In this document: positions 1 to 9,036 of the stretch, piece after piece | Numbering within the stretch: position 1 is the stretch's first letter | Layout of the letters: the number at the start of each line of letters is the position of its first letter | Virus record (IMG/VR): IMGVR_UViG_3300048549_001676 | Strand: one strand, 5' to 3' | From: an uncultured virus (IMG/VR IMGVR_UViG_3300048549_001676) | Lineage: Duplodnaviria > Heunggongvirae > Uroviricota > Caudoviricetes | DNA: 20,000 nucleotides | Notes under the pieces: generated by a model | Told to the model about the DNA's origin: nothing | The model's input: only the letters and a program-made list of their open reading frames with translations | Database searches by the model: none | Made by a program: the position numbers and the translations under genes

Positions 1-364
1 ATTTTGGTCGTGGGTTCATTCTTCGTTCAAGGCCACCAAGGTAAAAGAATTCCCAATCGGTTTTATTTAAATTTTCAATTGCTTTATTTAACTTTTTATC
101 ATCGTATCTTTTCAGAAATGCTACATCATCTTCAAATATCAATACATTTTTAAGTTTTCGTTCATACGCAAGTTTAATGACACTTAAATGACTATCATAG
201 CAACCCTTCTTGGGATTTTCTTTGTTATCAAACGCATTGAATTTAATTACTCTGTTCGATATTCCAATTTTATCAAATTCAGATTGACACTGTTTCCATC
301 TATCTGCTCTTCTTTCAAGATTGATGCAATATATTTCATCAAAAAAATCAAATGGTGATTTCAT
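1..364 (-). CDS. Glycosyltransferase family 25-like protein, runs off the window edge (3' part missing)
   Basis: Not in the ORF track; translated by hand from ATG 364-362 (TAATG overlap with the upstream stop): MKSPFDFFDEIYCINLERRADRW...KGCYDSHLSVI...LIFEDD...WEFFYLGG, the INLxRRxDR / GCxxSH / EDD pattern of GT25. Confidence 0.85.
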   Translation of the reverse strand, partial: MKSPFDFFDEIYCINLERRADRWKQCQSEFDKIGISNRVIKFNAFDNKENPKKGCYDSHLSVIKLAYERKLKNVLIFEDDVAFLKRYDDKKLNKAIENLNKTDWEFFYLGGLERRMNPRPK

Positions 365-1098
365 TACCAATTCCTACCACCTTCTATTTTTAGATCACTA
401 ATTGCTCCATAATCAGTACCAGTATTCACTATGTATCTTTTTTCTTTACGATTTTGCCTCGCAAGTTCTCTGTTTCTAAGATTTGAACGTTTTGGACGAT
501 GAAATGAACTTTCATGTTCAATAAAGTTTGAATCGTGTTTTTCAAATTTAACATCTTTTAAATTGAGATGTAACTGAATTCTTTGTTTAAAATCTCGTTC
601 TTCCCAACCCCAACCTTGAAATGTTTCGTCATAACCACGCACTTCCAAGAAATATTTTTTCATAATTGCAATTCTACCCCAATTAGAAGACGCAGGATTC
701 CCTTTGTTTACTCGTCTAATATTATTCAATATTATGTTTTCATTTTCATTGAACTTTTCATTTAGATATTCAGCATAATTTTCTGATATAAAATTATCTC
801 CATCAACCCAACAAACAATTTCACCGGATGCATTTTTTGCAGTAACATTTTTTGTTCTTGCCATTTCAAAGTGTGGTGCTTGTTTCGTGTGAAGATATTT
901 TACTACACCGTCATCAATATACCCTTTTAAATTCTGCTGAACCCACTCGTTCATTCCGTCTTGTGAATTCCAATTCAATAATACAAATTCAATGTCTCCA
1001 TAATCAATATTATTTTCTAAGTTTGAAATAAATGTCTCTTTAATGTGGTGAAGTCGTTTGGTACACGACGTGCAAAATGATATTTTATATTTTTTCAT
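364..1098 (-). CDS. GT-A fold glycosyltransferase (GT2-like N-terminus, GT7-C-like motif)
   Basis: KNVTAKNASGEIVCWVDGD (DxD) and RGYDETFQGWGWEERDF motif. Start set at ATG 1098, with GGAG upstream, rather than the track start at 1134. Confidence 0.8.
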   Translation of the reverse strand: MKKYKISFCTSCTKRLHHIKETFISNLENNIDYGDIEFVLLNWNSQDGMNEWVQQNLKGYIDDGVVKYLHTKQAPHFEMARTKNVTAKNASGEIVCWVDGDNFISENYAEYLNEKFNENENIILNNIRRVNKGNPASSNWGRIAIMKKYFLEVRGYDETFQGWGWEERDFKQRIQLHLNLKDVKFEKHDSNFIEHESSFHRPKRSNLRNRELARQNRKEKRYIVNTGTDYGAISDLKIEGGRNW

Positions 1099-1099
1099 A

Positions 1100-1810
1100 T
1101 CAACTCCACTCGGCTCCCCAATATGTACCAGCAAATGCTTCTGGAAATTCTTTTCTTCTATCTTCTAAATTCATTTTTTTTACTATGTTGTGTTTATACA
1201 CAACGCCACGACGTTTTCTCCAGTTCATTGGATATAAATATTTAGAAGGTACGCAAGAAATTTCACTTTGAAATTTATATGTGTCAAATGCTTCTTTAAG
1301 TGCAACGGGTCCAGTGATATGTTCAACTGCCATTCTACCTATTTTTTTCGGAATGTCTTTTTCTACAATCATATTTAGCATATGAATCCAAAAGTTTGCT
1401 TTTGGTTTTGAAATCAACATTGAATTTGGAAATGAATGCTTCCAATCCATTTTATTACCCAAACGACCAAGTATCACATCATTTTCATATTCCAACAATA
1501 ACGGATCAATTGACTTATAGCATTCAAAATCCATATCAACATAGATGCCACCAAATTCATACATCAAAAGACAACGATAAAAGTCTGAACGAAGTGCGAA
1601 TTTTATGTTTCGTTTTCCCCACAACTTTTCAAATATTTCTAAATACTCAGGATACTTTTGAAATACCTCATCTGCATCTTTTTCCGTGTGAACTTTGTAC
1701 TCGTACTCGGGATTCAGTTCAGACCAAGAATCTATCCACTCCGGATTATACAAAGTTCTATAATCTCTGCCACCGAACCATATTTGGTGTATTTTTTTTG
1801 GTATTTTCAT
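1100..1810 (-). CDS. GT32/OCH1-like DxD glycosyltransferase (Gly_transf_sug)
   Basis: IPKKIHQIW, SDFYR..LMYEFGGIYVDMD and TGP motifs; ATGA overlap with the upstream gene. Confidence 0.88.
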   Translation of the reverse strand: MKIPKKIHQIWFGGRDYRTLYNPEWIDSWSELNPEYEYKVHTEKDADEVFQKYPEYLEIFEKLWGKRNIKFALRSDFYRCLLMYEFGGIYVDMDFECYKSIDPLLLEYENDVILGRLGNKMDWKHSFPNSMLISKPKANFWIHMLNMIVEKDIPKKIGRMAVEHITGPVALKEAFDTYKFQSEISCVPSKYLYPMNWRKRRGVVYKHNIVKKMNLEDRRKEFPEAFAGTYWGAEWS

Positions 1811-2499
1811 CTATATGTATAATCCATTATGTGTACATCATCATTCATGCACTTTTCTATTATATATGAAAAGTTACTACAACCTTTTACAAAATATTTG
1901 CTATTTGCCATATAACACAAATCAAGGTCAGTTTCTTCATTAGAAATTAAATTCAATTCAAATCCTCTTTGGTTTATTCTTTCTTCAAAATTTTTTAAAA
2001 AAGACAGATTTTGATTATATGATAATTTGTTAAAAAAATGCTTTCCATTTGTTTCATTTGCTCCATAATGAAGTGCAGTTACAATCGTTATTTTGTTAAG
2101 TGTATCAGGATTTGAATTTAGAATATTATCGTTTTCAAAAAGTCTGTCCACACTTTTTTTTAATCTTTTGACTCTAAGTTTTTCGTATTTACTTTTCTGA
2201 AAAATATCTCCAAGTCGGAGATGGATTACCAATTCATTCTCTTCAGGAATTTCGCATTTGTATTCTTGTGTGTGTTCTTGTACAATTTTTTTTAGCAACT
2301 CAAAATCTGGTTCCGAATCGCCATGTAGTTGTGTAAGATACTTGCACAATATTGTGTTCTTAAACTCTTCATTATTTTTGACAACTTCTCTATCCGATTC
2401 CCAACGACCACCACCGTCCTTGAAAATCAAATCACCAAAACGATAAAATTTATTTTCCTTCAAAACCTTTAGTTGACTTTCAAAATCAAGTTTTTCCAT
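1807..2499 (-). CDS. Putative GT-B fucosyltransferase-like protein (GT11-like motifs)
   Basis: VIHLRLGD (HxRxGD, GDP-sugar binding) and DLDLCYMANSKYFVKGCSNFS. Start is either 2508 or 2499. Confidence 0.6.
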   Translation of the reverse strand: MEKLDFESQLKVLKENKFYRFGDLIFKDGGGRWESDREVVKNNEEFKNTILCKYLTQLHGDSEPDFELLKKIVQEHTQEYKCEIPEENELVIHLRLGDIFQKSKYEKLRVKRLKKSVDRLFENDNILNSNPDTLNKITIVTALHYGANETNGKHFFNKLSYNQNLSFLKNFEERINQRGFELNLISNEETDLDLCYMANSKYFVKGCSNFSYIIEKCMNDDVHIMDYTYR

Positions 2500-3157
2500 A
2501 AAACGCATCCCTTAAATCTAAACCCTTACTTTTTGTAAAATACTCAAACATTAATGCTGGCATTAAATCTTCCATTGCTTGTGTAAAAAAATCATTCGGT
2601 AGTTTTTCTTTGGCATTCTCTGATATGTATTTTGAAAATTCTTTTGATACACCATATAATTTACCATGATAAAATCTTAATGTATGCCTTCTTTTAATAA
2701 TGTTGGTATTAACCTTGATTCCCTTGACCCTCGCCCATTCATTTAATTGCCATCTTTTCACGTGTTTGTTGCGAAGTCCAACATAATACCCTTCGTGTGG
2801 CAAATCAAAGTAGTCCGATACTTTATCAAGTGGATGTTCCTTCGCGTGTATTGTATCTGCCGTTATAGTTGAATCTATTTTAAACAGATATGAAAAATCA
2901 AAGTTATCGTTAATAAATTTAAACATTTCAAGCATTTTAGTCGGCAAGTTCATATAAGATTCGTCACCTCTTATTTGTAATACATCTCCAATCAGTTCCG
3001 TATCTTCAAACCCACCATGTACCTCAATAACTTTGTATGCTTCGTTTGATTTCAATTTTGCATATAAATCTGTTTGTTTTAGTTTCTCCAAATAAACACT
3101 ATCTCGTTTACAGGTATTAATGCAGATTATTTTTTCGTACTTCATTTTATTTTTCAA
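2486..3157 (-). CDS. GT31-like (beta-1,3-galactosyltransferase family) protein
   Basis: ESYMNLPTK...FSYLFKIDS, FYHGKLYGVS and EDL match the GT31 DxYxNLxxK / KxDxD / GxxYxxS / ED motifs. Start is either 3157 or 3145. Confidence 0.62.
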   Translation of the reverse strand: MKNKMKYEKIICINTCKRDSVYLEKLKQTDLYAKLKSNEAYKVIEVHGGFEDTELIGDVLQIRGDESYMNLPTKMLEMFKFINDNFDFSYLFKIDSTITADTIHAKEHPLDKVSDYFDLPHEGYYVGLRNKHVKRWQLNEWARVKGIKVNTNIIKRRHTLRFYHGKLYGVSKEFSKYISENAKEKLPNDFFTQAMEDLMPALMFEYFTKSKGLDLRDAFYGKT

Positions 3158-3908
3158 TTTTTAAATTATCTTTTTGTAAACCATTCAATGACTGAAAAAT
3201 TTTACAATAATTATCAATTTGCATTCTTGGATAATATTTTCTATATATTTGCTGAAATTGACCCTGATCAGTCTTATCTTTTAATAAACGTGTTGATATA
3301 ATATCTGAAAAAATTTCTTTAAAAAAATCAACTTTGCAAATAAACAAACCAGAATTTAAATACATAAACGGAGTTTGATTTCTTATAATATTTTGGTGTT
3401 CTGGCCAACGCCAGTATATTGGATTAGCCGATCCAGTGAGATGTCTTCCGGCCGGAAACACCTTATTCTCTGCATTAAATAACCAATCACACTCAAACTC
3501 ATTTTCAAACCTTTCAACGATACGATTTGGGTGTTCTGTAAAAAACACATCAACATCCCAACCAACGACATATTTTGTTGTAATTTGATTTAAATTTTCA
3601 TGCAACAAATGTGGTTTTATCGTCCTGATTTCACCGTGCGAAGGTGGATCGAAGTTTTTTCCGATATTCAAATAACGCAAGTTAAATCTTTGAAGATTTT
3701 CGTCTAATGTACATATAAACTTGGATTCGTCACCCCATTTTGCAAAACACAAAGTTACATCTTCTCTTAATTTTTCCGATGAATCCCAATTCCATGTGTT
3801 CATTGTTTCACCAGCAAACAAATTGTAACCGATCTTACATTTTTTAAACCCACCATTTAAGTGAAATGCAATTGGATATGAATTCGTTATATTGTTTTTT
3901 ATTCTCAT
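3147..3908 (-). CDS. PLOD/LH3-type glycosyltransferase domain protein, apparently circularly permuted
   Basis: WDVDVFF, LFNAE..FP, YLNSGLFI, DQ and IDNYCKIFQSLNG match the procollagen glycosyltransferase domain; the PxxxHxNG motif sits at the N-terminus. Start ATG 3908 avoids the overlap with the upstream gene. Confidence 0.75.
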   Translation of the reverse strand: MRIKNNITNSYPIAFHLNGGFKKCKIGYNLFAGETMNTWNWDSSEKLREDVTLCFAKWGDESKFICTLDENLQRFNLRYLNIGKNFDPPSHGEIRTIKPHLLHENLNQITTKYVVGWDVDVFFTEHPNRIVERFENEFECDWLFNAENKVFPAGRHLTGSANPIYWRWPEHQNIIRNQTPFMYLNSGLFICKVDFFKEIFSDIISTRLLKDKTDQGQFQQIYRKYYPRMQIDNYCKIFQSLNGLQKDNLKIEK

Positions 3909-3918
3909 GTTTCTTTCT

Positions 3919-4788
3919 TTATAAAATTGCCGAATATACAAAATGGTTTTCTAGTTTACTATTATTACACAAAACGAAATTCGTTACATTGCTTGATCCA
4001 TGTATTAAATAATCAGTTTTACTAAGTAGGTATGCTTCTATCAAGATGTCCTCTCCAAGTTTATACTTCATATTCTGTAAACTATTATCATGATGCATTT
4101 CTCCAACATTAGTTCGTGTAGAATCATATGTTATTATTTTATCTTCGTATTTGTTTTTACATTGTTGTATCACATCTTCAGAGTCTGAGCAAAGAAATAT
4201 TGAGGCATCTTTGTTATCATTCAGATATTTGTCAATTTCCTCAAAAAACAATTCATACGGCACTCCATTTTGTAAAGCAATTTTTTGTTTTTTCTTTTCA
4301 TCCACATTATCTGAATTAAGTGGGTGGTATGTTCCTGTCAGTATACCACCTCCACGTAAATGCACTCCAAGAATTTTATTGTCTTTGAAATTATTTTTTT
4401 CAAAATCATTTATTTTTTCTATAATATGTTTTTTTAACTTAATATATTTTTCTATTATCTTTTGCACGACTTCACGACTTTTTGGTTGGTCTAAATAACC
4501 AGTCTCAGTAGGTGTGATTAAATTTCCTTTACGACGTGCGTGTTTTTTTACACGACCGATTTCTTTATCATTTGCATTTGGTGTATACAATGGTTCAAAA
4601 TAGTATGAGAATACATCGTCTCCGTGTTTAACACTTTTATATGGTGATTTCTTCCATCTAGGTTTAATTTTATATCCATTTAAATCACCTACATAGAAAT
4701 GATCAATCAATTCATTTACTACTGAAAACATACCACGATCTGCTGATATTTTGTCGTTTATGCTAAATCTATACACTTCGTTTTTCAC
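3919..4788 (-). CDS. NodZ/GT23-like fucosyltransferase (GT-B)
   Basis: LGVHLRG, IFLCSDS and EDILIEAYLLSKTDYLIHGSSNVT motifs; GTG start in a GTGA overlap. Confidence 0.75.
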   Translation of the reverse strand: MKNEVYRFSINDKISADRGMFSVVNELIDHFYVGDLNGYKIKPRWKKSPYKSVKHGDDVFSYYFEPLYTPNANDKEIGRVKKHARRKGNLITPTETGYLDQPKSREVVQKIIEKYIKLKKHIIEKINDFEKNNFKDNKILGVHLRGGGILTGTYHPLNSDNVDEKKKQKIALQNGVPYELFFEEIDKYLNDNKDASIFLCSDSEDVIQQCKNKYEDKIITYDSTRTNVGEMHHDNSLQNMKYKLGEDILIEAYLLSKTDYLIHGSSNVTNFVLCNNSKLENHFVYSAIL

Positions 4789-5474
4789 GATGGATCTGCC
4801 TCTCGATATTTTGTAAATTCACCACGGTTAATCTCATTTTTAATTAGTCCCATTTGTTCCTTCCACGCAGTTCCTATATCAATGACCTTCACCCCACGAC
4901 ACGAAACCACGTTATAGTTAACTAATTTCATTGACCTCTTTAGTTGAATTAACCACCACTCCGGATCTTGGTCCCCTGGAATTGGGTGTTTATCAAGAAT
5001 ATTTGCAAGAACCGAAGTTTGAAATAAACTTGGTGGTAGATATGCTCTATTCTTAATTTTTCGTTTTCCTAGTTTATATGGATGTGCGACACACTGAAGA
5101 ATATTATCTCTTGTATCGTGTTTTATTTTTTTAATATATTCTGCAATGCAGATTTCTCCAGTTTCAAACAACCAATCATCTTCAACATTGAAAAAATACT
5201 CTCCAGTTGGTTTGCTTAAAACCCAAGAATATGCGGTTGGAAAATTACCACCACTCGGTCCGATGTTATAGTGAACCTCACCGAAGTGGTCTCGGGCAAT
5301 CTCAAGTTCTTCGTTTATCTTATTGTCCGACTCGGTTGGAACAGGATCAATGTTTATATACAAAATTCCCTCGGTTTTCAAATCAACATCAACTAAAACC
5401 TTATTCAACGAAGTATATGTTTCGTTAAGCAATTCGGGTCTCACACACGCAGTCGTTGTAAATTCAAGTTTCAT
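4785..5474 (-). CDS. Putative GT-A fold glycosyltransferase
   Basis: TTTACVRPELL..T..S N-terminus, INID and FFNVEDDW motif. Confidence 0.6.
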   Translation of the reverse strand: MKLEFTTTACVRPELLNETYTSLNKVLVDVDLKTEGILYINIDPVPTESDNKINEELEIARDHFGEVHYNIGPSGGNFPTAYSWVLSKPTGEYFFNVEDDWLFETGEICIAEYIKKIKHDTRDNILQCVAHPYKLGKRKIKNRAYLPPSLFQTSVLANILDKHPIPGDQDPEWWLIQLKRSMKLVNYNVVSCRGVKVIDIGTAWKEQMGLIKNEINRGEFTKYREADPS

Positions 5475-5480
5475 AATTTC

Positions 5481-6059
5481 TTATTCTCCGAATTTGTATC
5501 CGAAATACTCAATGTCTTTTGCGTATTTTTCCGCAACGATTTGACGAGTTTCATCGTCATAGTATTCGGTGTAGTGTTTGTGCTTGGTTTTGTTTTTATG
5601 TGGAAGTTCTATTTGAGAAATTCCTATTTTATCACAGATTGTATTAAAATCCTCTTGCAGGTTTTCAAATCTTCCGATGAAACTCAATTCATCAACTCTA
5701 CCAAGACAATGCTCCATGACATCTACTTGAGTCCACAAGTGCACCCGTTCCCTCCTTCGGTACATGGATGCTAAATTTTGTTTCTTACAATACTCCACAA
5801 ATGTCATAGGTTCTTGGTGTTTTATCCACGGCCGTGGGCTATGTCCTGGGCGGGGACGGGACCATTTATATTCTGATACCCATCGATCCCACGGATTTCT
5901 TACAAATGTAAACTTATAATAATCCGCATACAAATTTACATCATGCGTTTCCGTATGAACTTGGGGTCCTGTATATCCAGATTGGAAAAATTGGCCAATA
6001 CTTGAACCTGCACTTTTTGGAATATGAACAAAAATAAATTTATGTTTATGACTTATCAT
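5481..6059 (-). CDS. Sulfotransferase family 2 (Sulfotransfer_2) paralog
   Basis: 5'-PSB motif HIPKSAGSS, 3'-PB motif [25 protein letters not shown]. Confidence 0.9.
   Translation of the reverse strand: MISHKHKFIFVHIPKSAGSSIGQFFQSGYTGPQVHTETHDVNLYADYYKFTFVRNPWDRWVSEYKWSRPRPGHSPRPWIKHQEPMTFVEYCKKQNLASMYRRRERVHLWTQVDVMEHCLGRVDELSFIGRFENLQEDFNTICDKIGISQIELPHKNKTKHKHYTEYYDDETRQIVAEKYAKDIEYFGYKFGE
5503..5608. repeat. 106-bp perfect direct repeat, copy 1 (sulfotransferase 3' module)
   Basis: Base-by-base identical to 6741-6846. Confidence 0.95.
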
Positions 6060-6061
6060 TC

Positions 6062-6124
6062 TTATTCTCCAAATTCATAATTAAAATACTCAATATCTTT
6101 TGCATATTTTTCCGCAACGATTTG
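6062..6124. repeat. Short copy of the shared 3' module fused to the hydrolase gene
   Basis: ttattctccaaattcataattaaaatactcaatatcttttgcatatttttccgcaacgatttg closely matches the gene ends at 5481, 6719, 13922, 18004, 18646, 19291 and 19938. Confidence 0.92.
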
Positions 6125-6715
6125 TGGTGTTTTGGTTATAGAGTCCATGATAATTGGATAAAGTATTCCCTTACTTTTTAATATAGCGCCAACAAGATGA
6201 TCACCCTTAGTAATAAACTTATGAACATTTCGTTGATGCGGAATCATATCTGTGTGATACATTTCCACCTTATCGTCACCACTAAAAATATAATACTCAG
6301 TTGTGTCGTTAAGCATTAAGTGCTCATATTTCCATTGCTTAATTTTCTTTGCCTCTGTTTCCCACCTCTTTTCATCGGGAACTATATCTCGGTGAATGGA
6401 ATATTGTGGTGCAAATGCAATTGCCTTTATTACATTAACATCATTAGCAAATTGTATGGCAGTATATGCCCCCATGCTATTGCCTATTGTTATGACCTCT
6501 TGATTGATAAGTTTTGATTTTATTTTATCAACATCGATAGTATTATACCAACTCACTTCTCTGTCCGCAACGAACATTACATTGAAATCAGATTGTTTTA
6601 AAAGTCCTATAAATTCCTTTTTGAAACCATGTACACCAAACCCATGCAATATGCCAGTAAAAGAAACAATTGTTTTACTCACTCCGTTGTCAATAAATTC
6701 TATATCAGTATTCAT
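6062..6715 (-). CDS. Alpha/beta hydrolase-fold protein with a sulfotransferase-derived C-terminal tail
   Basis: Nucleophile elbow GNSMG, AFAPQ, candidate His in GDH; the last 20 aa [20 protein letters not shown] match the sulfotransferase tail. Confidence 0.75.
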   Translation of the reverse strand: MNTDIEFIDNGVSKTIVSFTGILHGFGVHGFKKEFIGLLKQSDFNVMFVADREVSWYNTIDVDKIKSKLINQEVITIGNSMGAYTAIQFANDVNVIKAIAFAPQYSIHRDIVPDEKRWETEAKKIKQWKYEHLMLNDTTEYYIFSGDDKVEMYHTDMIPHQRNVHKFITKGDHLVGAILKSKGILYPIIMDSITKTPQIVAEKYAKDIEYFNYEFGE

Positions 6716-6718
6716 TTC

Positions 6719-7321
6719 TCACTCTCCAAATTCATACCCAAAATACTCAATGTCTTTTGCGTATTTTTCCGCAACGATTTGACGAGTTTCATCGTCATAG
6801 TATTCGGTGTAGTGTTTGTGCTTGGTTTTGTTTTTATGTGGAAGTTTCTGTTGAGGGATTCCAAGTTTGTCACAGATTATATTGAAGTCTTCTTGAAGGT
6901 TCTCGAATCTTCCGATGAAATCTAAAAGTAAATCTCCATCTTCATTTATTAAATGAGCATACTGAGAACAACAATGCCAACTTCTCTCATTCCATTTTTT
7001 TGGATTTTCCAAATCCCACGAACTGATTCTTTTAACAAATTCAGCAAAACTACATTTCCAAGCATATCTTGGTTTCCAACCCCCAAACTTCCACGAAGAA
7101 ACTGCTCTATCAAAGGGATTTCTTACAAATGTAAATTTATATGATTCTAACCATGTATTTTCTTGAATTTTATTTTTCAATTTTTGACCTGAAAAACTTT
7201 CATATCCTTGATTAAGTATTGGTTTAATTTCTAAATTAGAATTATGCAACAAAAAATTCTTTATTGTATGTCCAGCAGTTTTTGGTATTCTTACAAAAAT
7301 TGAATTTTGATTAGTTTCCAT
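6719..7321 (-). CDS. Sulfotransferase family 2 paralog
   Basis: [35 protein letters not shown]. Likely start ATG 7321, by alignment with the paralogs. Confidence 0.88.
   Translation of the reverse strand: METNQNSIFVRIPKTAGHTIKNFLLHNSNLEIKPILNQGYESFSGQKLKNKIQENTWLESYKFTFVRNPFDRAVSSWKFGGWKPRYAWKCSFAEFVKRISSWDLENPKKWNERSWHCCSQYAHLINEDGDLLLDFIGRFENLQEDFNIICDKLGIPQQKLPHKNKTKHKHYTEYYDDETRQIVAEKYAKDIEYFGYEFGE
6741..6846. repeat. 106-bp perfect direct repeat, copy 2
   Basis: Base-by-base identical to 5503-5608. Confidence 0.95.
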
Positions 7322-7847
7322 GACACAACTCCCGTTTCCAATAATCATAACACTTGTTTGGTTGCATACCAGCATACCTATGCTTCAAGTAAAACTTGCA
7401 AGCAGGATACACCCACTTAAGTGTATCCGACAACTCAATCGTATCATTATCATTGTCATCCATCATCTGACGTATAAATATTGCCGAGGATGTATTTTGA
7501 ATTGTTTTAGTGAAGTCCCAAGCAAGTCGTTCGTACTTGGTTTTTGATCCGTTGTATATTGTGCTTAGTTTCTTTCCAAGTGGTAACACATCATAAAACA
7601 ATGTTCCGTTTCTTTCATCTTTTACAATCGTATACGGAGTTCCGTTTATCACATTCACTACTCCACCATAAACTTTTATTTGATTTTCGGGTGGAAAAAA
7701 ATTCTTAAAATTACTTTTTAGATCCCCCATCAGTGTTTCAAACGAATATTCACCCACATTATCAAGTAACATTGAATTTATATTTAAGGTACAATCTTTT
7801 AATACGGAAGATACGACTGGCTGTGATCCTAAAGTAACATAAATCAC
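7311..7847 (-). CDS. Degenerate DUF1796-like (putative papain-like) protein
   Basis: YVTLG..., KTKYERL...AIFIR architecture resembles 14566-15345. GTG 7847 in a GTGA overlap is preceded by AAGGAG. Confidence 0.45.
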   Translation of the reverse strand: MIYVTLGSQPVVSSVLKDCTLNINSMLLDNVGEYSFETLMGDLKSNFKNFFPPENQIKVYGGVVNVINGTPYTIVKDERNGTLFYDVLPLGKKLSTIYNGSKTKYERLAWDFTKTIQNTSSAIFIRQMMDDNDNDTIELSDTLKWVYPACKFYLKHRYAGMQPNKCYDYWKRELCHGN

Positions 7848-9034
7848 AATTCTTCTCCTTTGATAAATTTTATCAGACCACATTTTAAATTATGGTAGTA
7901 AAAGTAGTTATCGGGATTATACAAAATATCATCTGATTGAATTGTTATTTCACGGTCACCAATATCAAATTGCGAGTTTTTGAATACATCCCTATATGAT
8001 TTATCTATAACTAATTTAAAATCACCACTCTCCGTTTCATTATACAATGATCTAACAAAATCTCCAACTATACAGATTTTATTTGTATTTATTTTATGTT
8101 CCAAGCAAAATATTTTTAACTCTTCAAATCTCTTAGAAATTATTTTATCACTCAAATCAACATTACCCAAAAACTCAATCGTATTTTTATTAAGTAATTG
8201 AAGTATATCAATCGTTTGTTCATTGATGTAGTGTAAATTTATACCATCATCACTTTTTACATTATCACACAGTTCCACCAACTTGGATGCAGTGTTCCCT
8301 CGCAAGAATACAATTTTCAAATTAGAATAATTTTCAAATGAATTTTGTGTTTGTTTGAATAATAAATTTTCAACATTATTTGCAAATAAACAACCGTCAA
8401 CTGAATCAAAATTAATTTCATGTTCATATAAAACATAGTCTTTGTACACCGATGATATCTCAGTAGGAATTATACAATTTGTTTTGTTTGATTGAAATAA
8501 TAAGCAACTAAAATTTTTAAAATATTTTCTAAAAAACATTTCCATCGTGAAATTACAATAAACATCACGCATTCCACTTCCTCTGTGACCTTTTCTGAAA
8601 AACTCAATATCGGTTGGATAATACCATCTTGAATGTTCCTCGATTGGTTCGTTATGCATTTCTACATTTACAGGCAATCCCAATCCGTAGCAAATAGCTG
8701 CACGGTGCATTCCATCAGAAATCCACAATTCATTCTTATCACCTAAATATAAAGGAATTGGTTCAGAGTTTGTTCCTGATTCTTTTATTGAATCTATCAA
8801 ACGATTAAAACTCTTAATAAAAGCAAATTTGCCTCGTTTCTGCTTCGAATCTTCCCATCCGTGATTCCAATCTTTTTCTCTTAAACCATTAAATGATCGT
8901 TTGTTTGAAATATAAAGTCTTTCAAAAAAATTAGTTTTGAGTTTTCCGATATATGCCTTTACATACTCTACTCCAATTATTATATCAATTCTGTTTTCCG
9001 ATATAATAAAATCACTATCGTTGTGTTCCACCAA
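7844..9034 (-). CDS. ParB/Srx-like N-terminal domain protein of unknown function
   Basis: LIDSIKESG...EPI...ISDGMHRAA is the ParB/Srx DGxHR motif; TTG/GTG start preceded by GGAGG. Confidence 0.6.
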   Translation of the reverse strand: MVEHNDSDFIISENRIDIIIGVEYVKAYIGKLKTNFFERLYISNKRSFNGLREKDWNHGWEDSKQKRGKFAFIKSFNRLIDSIKESGTNSEPIPLYLGDKNELWISDGMHRAAICYGLGLPVNVEMHNEPIEEHSRWYYPTDIEFFRKGHRGSGMRDVYCNFTMEMFFRKYFKNFSCLLFQSNKTNCIIPTEISSVYKDYVLYEHEINFDSVDGCLFANNVENLLFKQTQNSFENYSNLKIVFLRGNTASKLVELCDNVKSDDGINLHYINEQTIDILQLLNKNTIEFLGNVDLSDKIISKRFEELKIFCLEHKINTNKICIVGDFVRSLYNETESGDFKLVIDKSYRDVFKNSQFDIGDREITIQSDDILYNPDNYFYYHNLKCGLIKFIKGEEL

Positions 9035-9036
9035 GA

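Noticed and set aside
6740..6767. Hairpin AAAATAC...GTATTTT inside the tail as a site-specific recombination site
   Set aside because: Only a 6-7 bp AT-rich stem, explained by the Lys-Tyr and Tyr-Phe codons and shortened in several copies.
5481..6846. Diversity-generating retroelement TR/VR pair
   Set aside because: No reverse transcriptase in the window. The best pair is fully identical, differences among other copies are not adenine-specific, and all copies are coding.
7844..9034. Plasmid or chromosome partitioning locus
   Set aside because: No parA, no parS-like palindrome noticed and no HTH; only the ParB/Srx catalytic motif is present.
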